From the NCBI RefSeq assembly GCF_037042905.1, contig NC_087245.1, forward strand, positions 30,258,001 through 30,322,000: a stretch of DNA of 64,000 bases, read 5' to 3'. Shown piece by piece: positions 24,186 to 36,289 of the stretch. Source of the stretch: Lytechinus pictus (taxonomy: Eukaryota). The notes below the pieces were generated by a model. It saw nothing but the letters and a program-made list of their open reading frames with translations, had not been told where the DNA came from and ran no database searches. A program made the translations under genes and the position numbers. The stretch's first letter is position 1; each line of letters starts with the position of its first letter.

Positions 24186-24769
24186 AGGAGAATGAAACCC
24201 TTGAAACTAGCTGAATCCATATCAAAGAGAAAAATCAAAGAAACATATTGTTGAAAGTTTGAGGAAGATTGAATGAATAATAAGAAAGTTATGAGCATTT
24301 GAATATTGAGATCACTAGTGCCATGTAGATCCTCCCATCGGCATTGCGACCAAGATCTGTGATATCACACACGTACAACTCCCTCATTACTTTAGTACTT
24401 ATTTCACTTATATTCTCACTTTTATAGAGTCTATCACAAGGTTAGGTGTTTTTCTTTATGAGATGACAAGTACAGAGGTTTCACAACATTATATCATTGA
24501 TGAATCGTTTGTCATATGATTAGAATGAGCAAAACGAGATGTTTTGGGGTATATTTTCAGTGTCCGAATGGGAGAGTTGTACGTGTGTGACATCACAGAT
24601 CTTGGTCGCATTGCCAATGGGAGGATCTCCATAGCATTAGTGATCTCGACATTCAAATGCTCATAACTCTTTTATTGCTAGTCCTATTTTACTCAAAGTT
24701 TTGTTGATCTTATTCTTTGATTTTTCTGCTTTCACAAAAGCTAACTTGCTCCAAGAGTTTCATTCTCCT
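24186..24769. mobile_element. Palindromic TTAA-specific MITE (Kolobok-like)
   Basis: TTAA|AGGAGAATGAAAC...GTTTCATTCTCCT|TTAA. The arms pair over about 200 bp. Confidence 0.88.
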
Positions 24770-25736
24770 TTAAGTGTTCTGCCCAGGCTTTTTTCTTGTT
24801 TTCTTTTGCAGAGTCGGCTCTTTGGATAAAATGGATTCAAGTGGACTACTGCGAGGCAAGGTAGGCTGGCAGGAAGGTTTGATGGCAATTGGACCTACTA
24901 TAGTATGACCTAGAACGCTCCAAGTCTGGCTGCCAAAGAGTTTCCCTTTGGTTGGATCTAGTTCCTGACCAGATAGCCTAGAGTCCATGGTAATGGATGC
25001 CATTTTTGGCGTTAATACGCTCTTGTAATAGAACTGAACTGGGTATAGCCTGAGAACTATGCTGCCGGAAATTACCCTAATTGGAGCAGTGGTCAACGTC
25101 TTCATCTTCATGTAAATAATTTACCGACAGGCGTGGTTTTATAATACGTAGTCCAAGGAATAGAGGTTTTCTTCAGTCAAAAAACTGGTGAACAAACATC
25201 TTAGCCTTCAAGGAACAGTTTTGCAGCAGGGAAAAATCAATTTCATGTTGAAACACCATGATACAGTGGGCTATCTTGAATGATGAGTCCATGATATGAG
25301 GATGAATTCATTATGATTTCATTTTCAGACTTTTTATGAGGTCCTCCATATTGTTTACTTGGAAAGGATTGGAACTTGAACATATGAAGAAAGCCCTTTG
25401 CCTCTTTGTGCTTTTGCCAACAAGAGTGTAACATATTGTTCAGGATAAATATATATATGCCTGTATAAATGTATAAGGCTCTTCAAATTTTATTCATTAT
25501 CCTTTGAAGGACTACTCGTCGGATGTTATTTGATTTGTGAAATAAACAATTATTTCATGGATGTGGTAAAAATGATAAGACAAAAAGTCAGTCATGTTTT
25601 ACGTTGATATGTGAATACATAATCGAAAAATGAAACATCCCGGGTAAAATTCCAGTCTATGTTAACTGGTTCTTAGTTTAGCAGCATGAGGAGTGCAGCT
25701 CTCACGGAGTAGCCTGATCGGAAGGTTTCATGTTCA

Positions 25737-27105
25737 AATTGGTTTTAGTGCCTTCAATTATCATGGTTATACTCCATGGGTTATATGGGGTTATTCGGTG
25801 GACGTTACGCTAGTTTTCAGTTTTTATTTTATCTCATTTCCAACAGAACAATTTACGAAATCCATTATAACTCAGGAATGGTATGATATGTGTTTGTTGA
25901 CATTAAGAGTGAGGTGGCTATCTAATGCTGTGGTTGGATTTTAATTGATCGATTGTCCACAATTGAATCTACCCTTTTTACACACGCTAAAATTTCCTTA
26001 ACCCCGTACTATAGGTGGGGCTAAATTGCCATTTAGCCCCACCTATAGTACGGGGTTAAGCTTAGCCCACTTTCTTTTTACACAGCATTTTTGCAAAGTG
26101 GGCTAACCCCACCTATAGTACGGGATTATTTGGCCCTGCAAAAAAGCAGGGTTATCCCAGCAATTGCGGTGCTAAGAGGGATAGTACGGGGTTAAGATCG
26201 CTAGTGTAAAACGAAAGTGGGCTAAGCTTAACCCCGTACTATAGGTGGGGCTAATTAGCCCCATCTATAGTACGGGGTTAAGGACATTTTAGCGTGTGTA
26301 AAATGGAATGAACCCTCAGTGCGCTCGTGAATATTCGTGAGCTACCACTAGTCCGGGGTTAGCGAGTTTCGTGTGTGAAAAGCAAGCATTCCTTATCCGG
26401 GGATAGCAATAACGATTTGGCATGTGTGAAAAGGAAAAAAGATAGTACGGGGTTAAGGATAGTACGGGGTTAGCGATAGTCCGGGGTTAAGAAAATCCTG
26501 TGTAAAAAGGGTAATATGGGTGCATGGAGTTAAGTCATGCACTGTTATGGTAAATGGGACAACACGAAAGTGGCAGTACCTCAGTGCGGCATGCATTGTT
26601 GGTTTATATGTTGGGATGCTAGTATGTGTTAACTATATGGTCAAACTAATGGCTTTCTGCCACCAAATTGGTTTTAGTGCCTTCAGTTATCATGGTTATA
26701 CTCCATTGGTTATATGGGGTTATTCTGTGGATGTTACTCAAGTTTTCAGTTACAGAATTTTATCTTCTCATTTCCAACAGAACAGTATATAAAATCCATA
26801 ACAATACTAATAATAAATAAATGAATTAAATAAAATTATAACTCAGAATGGTATGATATGTACCCTATTTGTTGGAATTAAGTGTGAAGTGACTAGCTAA
26901 ATGCCGTGGTTGGATTTTATTGATCGATTGTCCACAATTAAATTATTTGTGTGCATAGGGTTAAATTATGCACTGTTATACATGTATGGCAATTGGGGCA
27001 ACAAGAAAGGGGCAGTACCTCAGTGCTGCATGCATCGCTAGTTTAGCAATGTTGGGATGCCAGTATTTGTTAATTATATGGTCAAGCTGAAGGCGTTCAG
27101 CCACC
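25737..27105 (+). repeat. Diverged ~0.4-kb direct duplication, first copy interrupted by a MITE
   Basis: AAATTGGTTTTAGTGCCTTCA...GATTGTCCACAATT at about 25737-25965 and 26665-26940. GGCAGTACCTCAGTGC at about 26572 and 27011. Confidence 0.8.
25972..26511. mobile_element. MITE with subterminal TTAACCCCGTACTA repeats (PIF/Harbinger- or mariner-like)
   Basis: TA|CCCTTTTTACACA...TGTGTAAAAAGGG|TA. Absent from the duplicate copy at about 26940. Confidence 0.85.
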
Positions 27106-30100
27106 ATTGATAACTTATCAAAATTAGTGATGCAATGAATTTTAATTTTGAAGCTTGCAATAGGTTTGTATCAAAATCATGATACTTAGAATGGCATATT
27201 ATCTTGTCTTCCTTCATATGTTTTGTTTAGTTTTGCGCATGTAATCAGATTTTAATTGTGAATGAAGTTCTGACACGGTTATGTTTTAATGTATTTCTAT
27301 CGGGAGATTGTTTCCAACAGCTGAATACATTGAAGTGTTTTCCATGCTCTCATTATACTTGAGATGGATATTTGTTCATATACTTGAATTTTTCTATCTG
27401 GTTTTGGAATGCAATAAGTGAAATATTCAGGTGCGAAGTATTTGTTATTTCATGCTGGTTTAAAAAGGGCTGGTATGTTGGTCAAGAATAGAAAACAGGT
27501 ATATTGCATAGAAAATGATCACTCTTATATCAGCCAGAATAGCTAGAGGCAAAGAATACCAGCCTTCAGGTAACTGTGTCATGTAAGACAGCGACGTCAA
27601 GGCTGTACACAGATTTTATATAAAGATGATACATTTTAAATTCATTTAAAGTTATTGGAGGGCTTATGGAGGCCTACTTGACTACATAAGCATGATAACT
27701 GATTTAGCTTGGCCACCTAATGCAAAACTAGACTAAATTATGAACGAAGGCTTAAAAAACGAATGAAGTGTTTGGCGGCCGATCATATATATAAAATATA
27801 TTCTCGTTTGGCGGTAATTTGTCAAATTATGCCGCCTAAACACCGTTGTCATAATATACATTGGCATGGCATATGTTCTTTAATCCACAATGGTCACTTT
27901 TGCAAGGTGTTTAAAGCAGTGAATTATATTTTCGCCTCTAGTTATTAGATTTTCCACTTTGATGCCATGTACGTTGATTAATATTTCATATTGAATCGGG
28001 TCCTCATTCGGTACCTAGACGAAGGGGATTTATTTATAACTTTACATAGTACTTTAAGAACGCAATTGTAGATTTGAATGTAAGGGTGTCACGCTCGAAC
28101 TTTCAGTTTAGGCCTCACCTGATCTCATAGGCGGGAAGGCTGGTATTCTGTATTCATTTATATTTTTCGTGAAATTTAGGCCTCACCCAAGTTCTCATGC
28201 GGGAAGGCTGGTATATATATATATATATATATGTATATTATATGATATAAGTATGACATCTGTAATCCACCGATTTGCCGGTAGCTCATAAATGTAGTTA
28301 ATAGCTGTGCTGGTATTCCTGTCCGGCTAGCAGAGAACCAGTTGGAAAGCAGCCGCGAAATTTAACGTTGAATTTTCTGGGAGGGGGCCTTCTAGCCGGG
28401 GGTTTAACCCCCCTTCGGGGAGCTAAACCAAGGCTATCGGTTGGTTCCAGATATACATGAATGTAAGTCTCTAATCAGAGGTATTAATATCCATGTTTTA
28501 TACTTATGTGATTGTGACACCAATTTCGGAAAGCGTTCATCTCTATTGAATAAAGCCACGACATAATCGCATATTATTTTGTTTTGTCATTTTGTTTGCC
28601 GAGAATAATGGTATCTCTGAGAAAAAACGCTGTTGCAGGTGATTATGCTGTCAAAAAGCAATTTTTGCAAGAAGATAAAAAGGCACAAAATAATCATAAA
28701 GAATTATCCTTCACCTTTGACATCCAAAGTCAAAGATCAAAAGTTAATAAATATTTATATATACATGGATGATTCCCCCAAAAGAAATTAATCCATTATA
28801 TTCACATTTTATTTGTGAATGATAGAAAGAAAGATAACTATTTGTCATGAAAACTTGGATGTTTAATTTCACTCTGAAATTAGGATAAATAATGGCCATG
28901 AAAAATATATTTAGGGGTTAGAGGTCAATCAACTATATCAATAACGTCAGGGAATTTAAGTAAATAGGTCGCTAACTTGATTGTGGCATGTAGGTATATA
29001 GTGATTCTGATGGGAAAAAGACTGACCTACGTGGAAAATGAACACAAATTTGATAGTTGATTCCTTGACTAATGATGATGTAAAAATACTAGTTCGAGGT
29101 GAAATCGAGATCAAATAGCACTTTTTAATATATGTTGTAGTAATGCATTGCCAAAAGTGTAAAAAAAAATCATGCATGATATAATTTGAAATGGTGAAGT
29201 TGTATAAAGTAGCAGCATTTAGAAATGCATTTTATAAATCTAAATTAAGGCACTAATTTCTCTGTGGCAATAGGTCACTAGCCTCAAATGCTGCAATCAA
29301 TATTATACACTATAACTTAATATGTAAATGGAAAGGATAGGCCTAACTCTTATGGCAAGCATCATCCAAGAACATTTTCATATAGCCAGGGACAATGATG
29401 AAGAATTAAAATAAGGAAATCATTAGAGCTGCAGCGTTTGTCATAGTAAATGAAGTTAAGTGTTTCAACTTCAGTAAAGAGTAATTAAACTTTTGAAAAC
29501 CTTCTGACATTTTCAGGACTTTGATCTGGACCATTCAATGAATGCCTAACGTTCTACCAAGGGATATCAGACCATGATCTATATTATTACTGATATGTTG
29601 TACAACTTGATTCTCAAGAACTGGAAGTGGTGCTGTAGAAGTTTTGTTAGGTCGATGGATGTGTACTTGTAAACTATTATCTCCTTTTGAATTTCATTAT
29701 TATATGCCTAATTTGTGCATGATAACAATCAGTTGTTCTGGACCAAATATATGATCCTTGTACAAACTGATACCTAGTAGAAAGAGCATCATGGGTGACG
29801 TAGGGCAGAGAGCAGATATGAAGTTTTGCCATGTAGTATTAGCATCTCGAGAGATTCTGACAGCTCGCAATGAGAGGTAATTGATAATAATACAGGAATT
29901 CATCTTTGTTGAAGTTGAGATACATGCCATTTACTATGACAGAAGCTGCAACTCTAATAATGGCCTTTATTTCATCTTCATCATCATCCCTCTGCTGTTC
30001 GGAAATGCTCTCAGATGATGCTAGCTGTGACATGAGAGTTAGACCTATCCTATGCATTTTCAGAAGATTAGGCTAATAGTTTATAATATTTATTATAGCA

Positions 30101-32294
30101 TTGAGGTGAGTGGCCTATCGCTGCGGCGGCTGGAGAGAAAAAGACATGACAACCTTGATTTAGATATTATGATGCATTAAATGCTGCTACTTAAGATAAA
30201 ACTTATTTCAAATTATATACTTGATTTTTTTTTTTCATTGCTTTTGGCATTGCATCGAAGTATATAAAGAAGTGCTATTCGGTTATCAACTTTTTTTTTA
30301 AACTTAATTTCCACTGATATTTTGGAAATAGTTCATAGACCTCTGACCACTAAATACATTCTCCATGACCTTCATTATTTCAGACTGAAATTATGAAATT
30401 ATGAATTATTTCATCTGATCGTAGATTTCAAGGGTGAAAGTTTATTCTTTATACTGATTTTGGTGTTGTTTAATCTTCTTGTACAAATCTTTGCATTTTG
30501 GCACCAAGATCACCAACCTGCTATGTTTTATCTCAGTGATAACATTATCATTATCTTATGTAGAATGACATTGACCTTTGTCCTTGAATTTTAAGGGTGA
30601 ATGTGCATTCTCGATGCTTAATTTTATTTAATCTTCCTGTAAGAATCTGTGCATTTTGACACCAAGAAAACCAACCTGCGCCGTTTTTTCTTAGAGATAC
30701 CATTATATTATATGGTATACAATGTATAAAAGGTCATAGACCTTTGGCCTTAAATTTTATGGGTGAATGTGCATTCTAGGTACTTTATTTTATTTTATTT
30801 GATCTTCTGGTCAGAATCTGTGAATTTTGACACCATGATCACCAACCTGTGCCTTTTCATCTCAGAGATACCATTATACAGTATAGTATATATAATGTGA
30901 AAAGGTCATTGACCTTTTGAAAGCTTTGACCTTGAATTTTATTGGTGAAAGTCCATTCTAGGTACTTAAATTTATTCTATTTTATCTTCTTGTAAGAATC
31001 TGTACATTTTGACATCATGATCACCAGCCTGCGCCTTTCCATCTCAGAGATACCATTTTACAGTATGGAATATAATGTAAAAAAAAAAGGTCATTGACCT
31101 TTGAAAGGCTTTGACCTTATATTTTATCGGTGAATGTGCATTCTAGGTACTTAATTTTATTTCATTTGATATTCTGGTAAGAATTTGGGCATTTTGACAC
31201 AATTATCACCAACCTGCGTCTTTCAATCTCAGATAAACCATTATACAGTATATATGAAAAGGTCATTGACATTTGACCTTGAAAAAAAAAATACTTTCCC
31301 CAACCCGTATTCCTCCTAACTTTTTTTTTGGTAAATGTTGACACCCATACCTACTCAAATCAGTTGAAAAACCATTTCCAATAATTTTATTCCAGATTGG
31401 CTATTTTGGGGTCCAATTTAGGGATACTATAAGGTCACTCAAGAGTCTTCTAAAATTAGACTGCTCTAGAAATTGGCAGAATGTTCTTTTTGTAGACATT
31501 ACTAGAAGCTTCCAGAATAGTTTCTTCAAGGACACTATCATATATCAGATCAGAACTTAGAGTTTCACACCAGACTTTATTTTTTTCTAACTGGAATATA
31601 AGATTTATCTTCTGTGGAATTATTTGCACACCATCAATGAATTATTTGCAGTTACTTTGAGAGAGGAATTTTCAGTTCTCATCGAGATCATCAACCTGTT
31701 TTAATGAACGCTTTTCAACCTATGGATTGCTGAAATTGACTGTTAATCATCATCAACATAGTCTTCACAGACATTTCAACTCGTTACAGTAACTCTTGTT
31801 ATTCATTGTGCTTCAACATCAATTTCATCATCGCCATCATTGTGAACTTTAATTTAAGGAATCTTCGCCAACCAACTTGGATTTTATCCGGATTTAATTC
31901 AGGACTACCTTAACTTTGGATTGCACATGTAGTCGCGACCGGAGTACATTATTGACCAGTTTAGTTTGCAGAAATACAATAAATCATTCCTAAAATCGTC
32001 GACGGATTATCAGACATCTCATTTACTAATTACTATGCTACAATGATATTCAGCCACGGTGGGTCCAAGAATTTCATAAATACGGAGACACCAGACGCCT
32101 AATTTTTTTCGGAAATGGGATTCTCTTTGAAGAAAAATAAGTTCATTATCACGATAATAAAAAAAATCTTCACAATTAAGGAAAGAACGGGGCCTGGTGC
32201 TTTTTTAGCGGGTCCGCCCCCACCCCGAATTCGGCACTGATGTTCAGCCTCCCTGATTAAGAATTCGTTGAATATGTTGTAAATCCATACGTAC

Positions 32295-32549
32295 CGACCA
32301 AGATTCGTCCATTAGGGTCACCATCATATTCTGTATTCCACGAGAGTTTCAGACCTCTGCGACTTGTAATAAACGGCATGAATGGGTACAATGTAGAAAA
32401 CCCAAGCCCGTATCCATCTTGAACATTTGTGATTCGCCATATCACTGGTCGATCTTTAAAAATAACGACAAACGACGCAGGGTAGCAAGGCGATTGGATT
32501 ATTCCCGGCTCATTGGCCGAAACATTCACTTTAAAGCTCAAATGTTGGT
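32295..32549 (-). CDS. Coding exon 2 of a secreted CUB-like protein
   Basis: Long polypyrimidine acceptor ...TTTTATTTCAG and donor G|GTACGT. 255 nt, phase 1-1. GIIQSPCYP...VIWRI resembles the CUB GxIxSPxYP...CxWxI pattern. Confidence 0.8.
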
Positions 32550-32971
32550 CTGAAATAAAAAAAAAAATAAAGAGAAAAATCATCCAATATACTCAATACA
32601 TTTACACCATTACATTTAAGATTTGTCGACGTATTTTACTTTTTAAAAAACATTAGACATTTTCTTCCTACTGTCCGATTTTGCTAATATAATAAATAGT
32701 TTCCTGCTTTTAAATAGGTGTTCCAATTTAATTTTAATGCATTAATATCGATTGGAGGAAATTGCAAAAATCTCCGATACCATTTTCCCCAAAACTTGAT
32801 AAACTTATTAACTACCTCTTTCAAATATCTCATATGAATATTGATTCAATCGATTGGTAATCTTCCAAATTTTCTTAACTGAAATCGATAGGTCGTTCCA
32901 GTAAAGAGAGGGGGAATGTGAAACTATTACTATATACAAATAAATATTCCACTTGCGCTTTGCGCTATATA

Positions 32972-34989
32972 CAGTGCGTCCCAAAAAAACTATACACTTT
33001 TGAAATGGCTGCCAAATAAAAAATGTAGCACTTTGGGGGAAAATACTTATAGATATGGAAAGCCAATAAAGTCAACTTTCAAATGACACCAACAAGTTGG
33101 AAAACTATTCATGCGTGAGCGAGCACTGCCCTTTGAAACAAAGGGTATGAAAATTAGGGTGGGCCGGAATTAGCCTTCCAATTTCTTTCAGGTTTTTTTT
33201 GTTTGGTACTTGCAAAGTTGAGGGTTATTTGGTGAATTAAAGATCAGTTGTGATCAGTTTGCTGTTTGTGAAAATTTAATGCGTTATTAAATTGAAATTT
33301 AATGCATGAGTGATCATGAATTGCAATTTTTAGTGCAGCATTTTGTCTTTATCATGTGGATCTCAACAATGTGTTCATGAGAGTCAAGAGAAGAGGGTGT
33401 AATATGACTTGGGTAGGTGAAGTACGTTGATGGGATAAAGGTCCACAGAACATTTAACAACCCCTCTCTCCATCTCAACCCCCCCCCCTTCACTCCTCCT
33501 GAGAGACTAAGCTCGGCTAGGCTGGGAAGGAATTAGCATTACAGTTTTTTTTTTTTTTTTGTGGTTAGTCCTTTGGATCTTGCAAGGCTAAGGGTGTTAG
33601 GCTAAATAAATGAGTGAGATAAGTTTTGGTGTCTTAGGCAAATTTCACGAGTTACTAAATTGAAATTTAATGCATGAGTTAACAGGAATTATAATTTAAG
33701 TGTAGCATATTCATCTTGTGGACCTCAGAAGTGTGTTCGTGAGAGTCATAGTAATTTGATGGTACATGTTACAAGCAAGAGTGCGAGATATGCTAAGATT
33801 TGGTTAAAATGGCATTCCTCTACTTTTTGTCCTTTTACAAATTAAAAGTCATATGTACCCTTCCCTCTCCGCCTCCATTTCCCAGTCCCCCCCCCCTCTC
33901 TCTCTATCTATCTCACTTCATGGAGTGTAGCCTATTCAAAACTAAACTGCCAAGTGACCGGTGGCTGATGGTCAGTTTTTTTATTGAATCATTACCAAGA
34001 AATTTAACGATTATGATGATTAATGAAATAATTTATTGAAAAAACTGAATGTTTGATTGATCACATTGCACATTGAATGAGTTAATTTACTAATAAATTG
34101 TTGATGAAATGATTGATAGGAAAAAGTTGATGCCCCAATTCAGAATCTATCATTAAATCAACATTCTGCTCTGGACTTCACGCGTACATGACAATATCCA
34201 TCAGTTCTCAACAGGAGGGGAGGGCGGGAAAGAGGAGGGGCGGGGGCGGGGGCTCAATGTTCTGTTGACCCTTATTTCATCAACCTGCTTCTCCCTCTTG
34301 AGTCCTATCTCACCCCCTATTCTCCCGACTCCCATGAACACGTTGCCGAGATCCACATGATAAAGTTGAAATGCTGCCCCAAAAGAGATCCAAATGATAA
34401 AGTTGAAATGCTGCCCAAAAAGTGTAATTTGTGTTCATTCATGCATTAAAGTTCAATTTAATGATTTATAAAATTTGCTTCAACATCCAAAACTGGTCAC
34501 GGTTGATCATTTATTTATCACTACGCCCTTTACTTTGCAAGTTCAAAAAGATTTGCCTCTCAAAAACTGACAAAAGAGATCCAAAAGAGATCCAAATGAT
34601 AAAGTTGAAATGCTGCCCAAAAAGTGTAATTTGTGTTCATTCATGCATTAAAGTTCAATTTAATGATTTATAAAATGTGCTTCAACATCCAAAACTGGTC
34701 ACGGTTGATCATTTATTCATCACTACGCCCTTTACTTTGCAAGTTCAAAAGCATTTGCCTCTCAAAAACTGACATAAATTGGAATGCTAATTCCAGCCCA
34801 CCCTAATTTTCATACCCTTTGTTTCATTGGACAATAATTGCTCAAGCATGAATAGATTTCCAACTTTTTTGTGTCATTTGAAAGTTGACTTTATTGGCTT
34901 TCCATATATGTAAGTCTTTTTCCCTAAAGTGCTACATTTTTTATTTGGCAGCCATTTCAAAAGTGTATAGTTTTTATTGGGACGCACTG
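32972..34989. mobile_element. Tc1/mariner-type non-autonomous element with long TIRs
   Basis: TA|CAGTGCGTCCCA...TGGGACGCACTG|TA. Arms are complementary for several hundred bp. ~200-bp duplication in the right arm (34381 vs 34583). No transposase ORF. Confidence 0.9.
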
Positions 34990-35064
34990 TACATTGCCTG
35001 TCTATTGGGATACATTATCCTTTATTTCAAGAGGATTAAATCGCATTCTAGATATCCCGTTGTG

Positions 35065-35995
35065 AAGTATAGTATAGTAGTATAGTATAGTATTTATTTT
35101 CCGTATACCCCCCCCCCCCAAAAAAAAAAAAAAAAAAAAATGCAAAACGGATGGATAGCCCATTTTCAGTTTAGTCGACAAGACTATACTGTTCTTCCAT
35201 TGGGTCCATGTACAATATAAAGTAAAAAAAGTAAGCACACATGAAAGAAGCATAACATATACAGTAAATCAAACAGAATAACAAAAGTGACATGATATAT
35301 GTTGTTATAAGAAAAGATCATAAAATTAAATAGTTTGGCTAGAATTTACACTAAATATTCTATAAAATGAATGAATTGAATGAATTAGGCTGCTATCACG
35401 TTACTGAAAAAGATTTTCACAAGGGGCAAGGAATAATAAAATGAATAATATGAATGTACAATGAATAAAAATGAATATGTAATGATTGTAAACTGTCATT
35501 ATAACACAAAATTCTGGTTCACGCATACAATCTTAAGAGGACAACAATAAGAGCGTAAAGATATTGAAAGGAATTCAGGATAAATGTACAGATTGCATTG
35601 AGACAACATCAAAATAAATATATAAAAACGTGTTTATGCACTGATTGGATTCATATGAGAAGTAAGAAATAAGACCAAAAGGGAGAGTGCACTTTGTGGA
35701 ACTATTTAGTCGAATAAGCTCAAAATCAGTTAGAAATTTAAAGTTTGTTAAATGGGGAAATGGGGAAGAAAAAAAAACAATGGGGAGAAGGGAAGAAAGA
35801 AAAAAAAAATCATACAATATTGACTTCAGGTCACCGAAGTGAGATGATAATTTATTTTTGAAATTGTTTGCAGTAGGAGACAATTTTAAGTCCAAAGGTA
35901 GGGCATTATATACCTTGGCATCTCTATATTTAAAGGATTTCTTAAGAAATTCTGTCCGTGATTTAGGTAGAAGAGTAATATGAAGGTGCGAACCC
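35065..35995 (-). mobile_element. 3' fragment of a CR1/L2-group LINE
   Basis: Peptide LPKSRTEFLKKSFKYRDAKVYNALP...FKNKL, followed by a long 3' UTR and a (CTATA)n-like tail. Confidence 0.65.
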
Positions 35996-36289
35996 AAAAT
36001 GCCAAAAAAAAAATCACAATATGATCTTTCATTATTTGTTAATTGCGAGGTTCATAATTTTTTAATAAATGGTTTTTGGAAAATTCAAAAAAATATTAGA
36101 AAATTGTGCTTAAAACATTCATTTTTTTTAACTTACGAAAGCAACTTTTGGCTCGTATTGCACGCTCACATTGTTTGATTATTGAGTTACTTAACCTCGT
36201 ATATTTCTACTACCACCTCTACATTCTGGTACTGATAGACAAACTCACACTTTTTGAAGAACATGATATAACTTTGCCACCTCTTTATT

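Larger units (their letters stand above)
19942..28604 (+). mobile_element. Unclassified ~8.66-kb insertion (possible giant solo LTR or non-coding transcription unit)
   Basis: Interrupts an Academ subrepeat at ATAA(TG) (19938-19943 and 28605-28610). Starts TGTA and ends GCCGAGA. CpG-rich 5' end, splice signals, AATAAA at 28549-28554. No long ORF. Confidence 0.65.
19046..31429. mobile_element. Academ-like non-autonomous DNA transposon, nearly palindromic
   Basis: Ends TAGTATCCC...GGGATACTA with 3-bp TSD TGA/TAA. Left arm is 19046-19941 plus 28605-29480; right arm is about 29890-31429. Arms carry ~184-bp subrepeats with AGGTCA/TGACCT motifs. Short inverted peptide remnants ..DDDEDEIKAIIRVAASVIVN.. 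lie near the centre. Superfamily inferred from TAG ends and the 3-bp TSD. Confidence 0.75.
18808..31890 (+). mobile_element. 3' LTR remnant of the gypsy element, in two pieces (18808-19045 and 31430 to about 31890)
   Basis: Both pieces align with the solo LTR (GAATTGTAAGAGCAATTACATT; ATCAGATCAG...AGAGTTTCAC...GAGAGGAATT). They join at CACTGA|GGTCA across the 19046-31429 insertion. Confidence 0.85.

Noticed and set aside
19942..28604. Assignment to Helitron, DIRS or Polinton
   Set aside because: No A|TC...CTRR|T ends, no long inverted LTRs or TIRs, and no Rep/helicase, recombinase or polymerase remnants that I can recognise.
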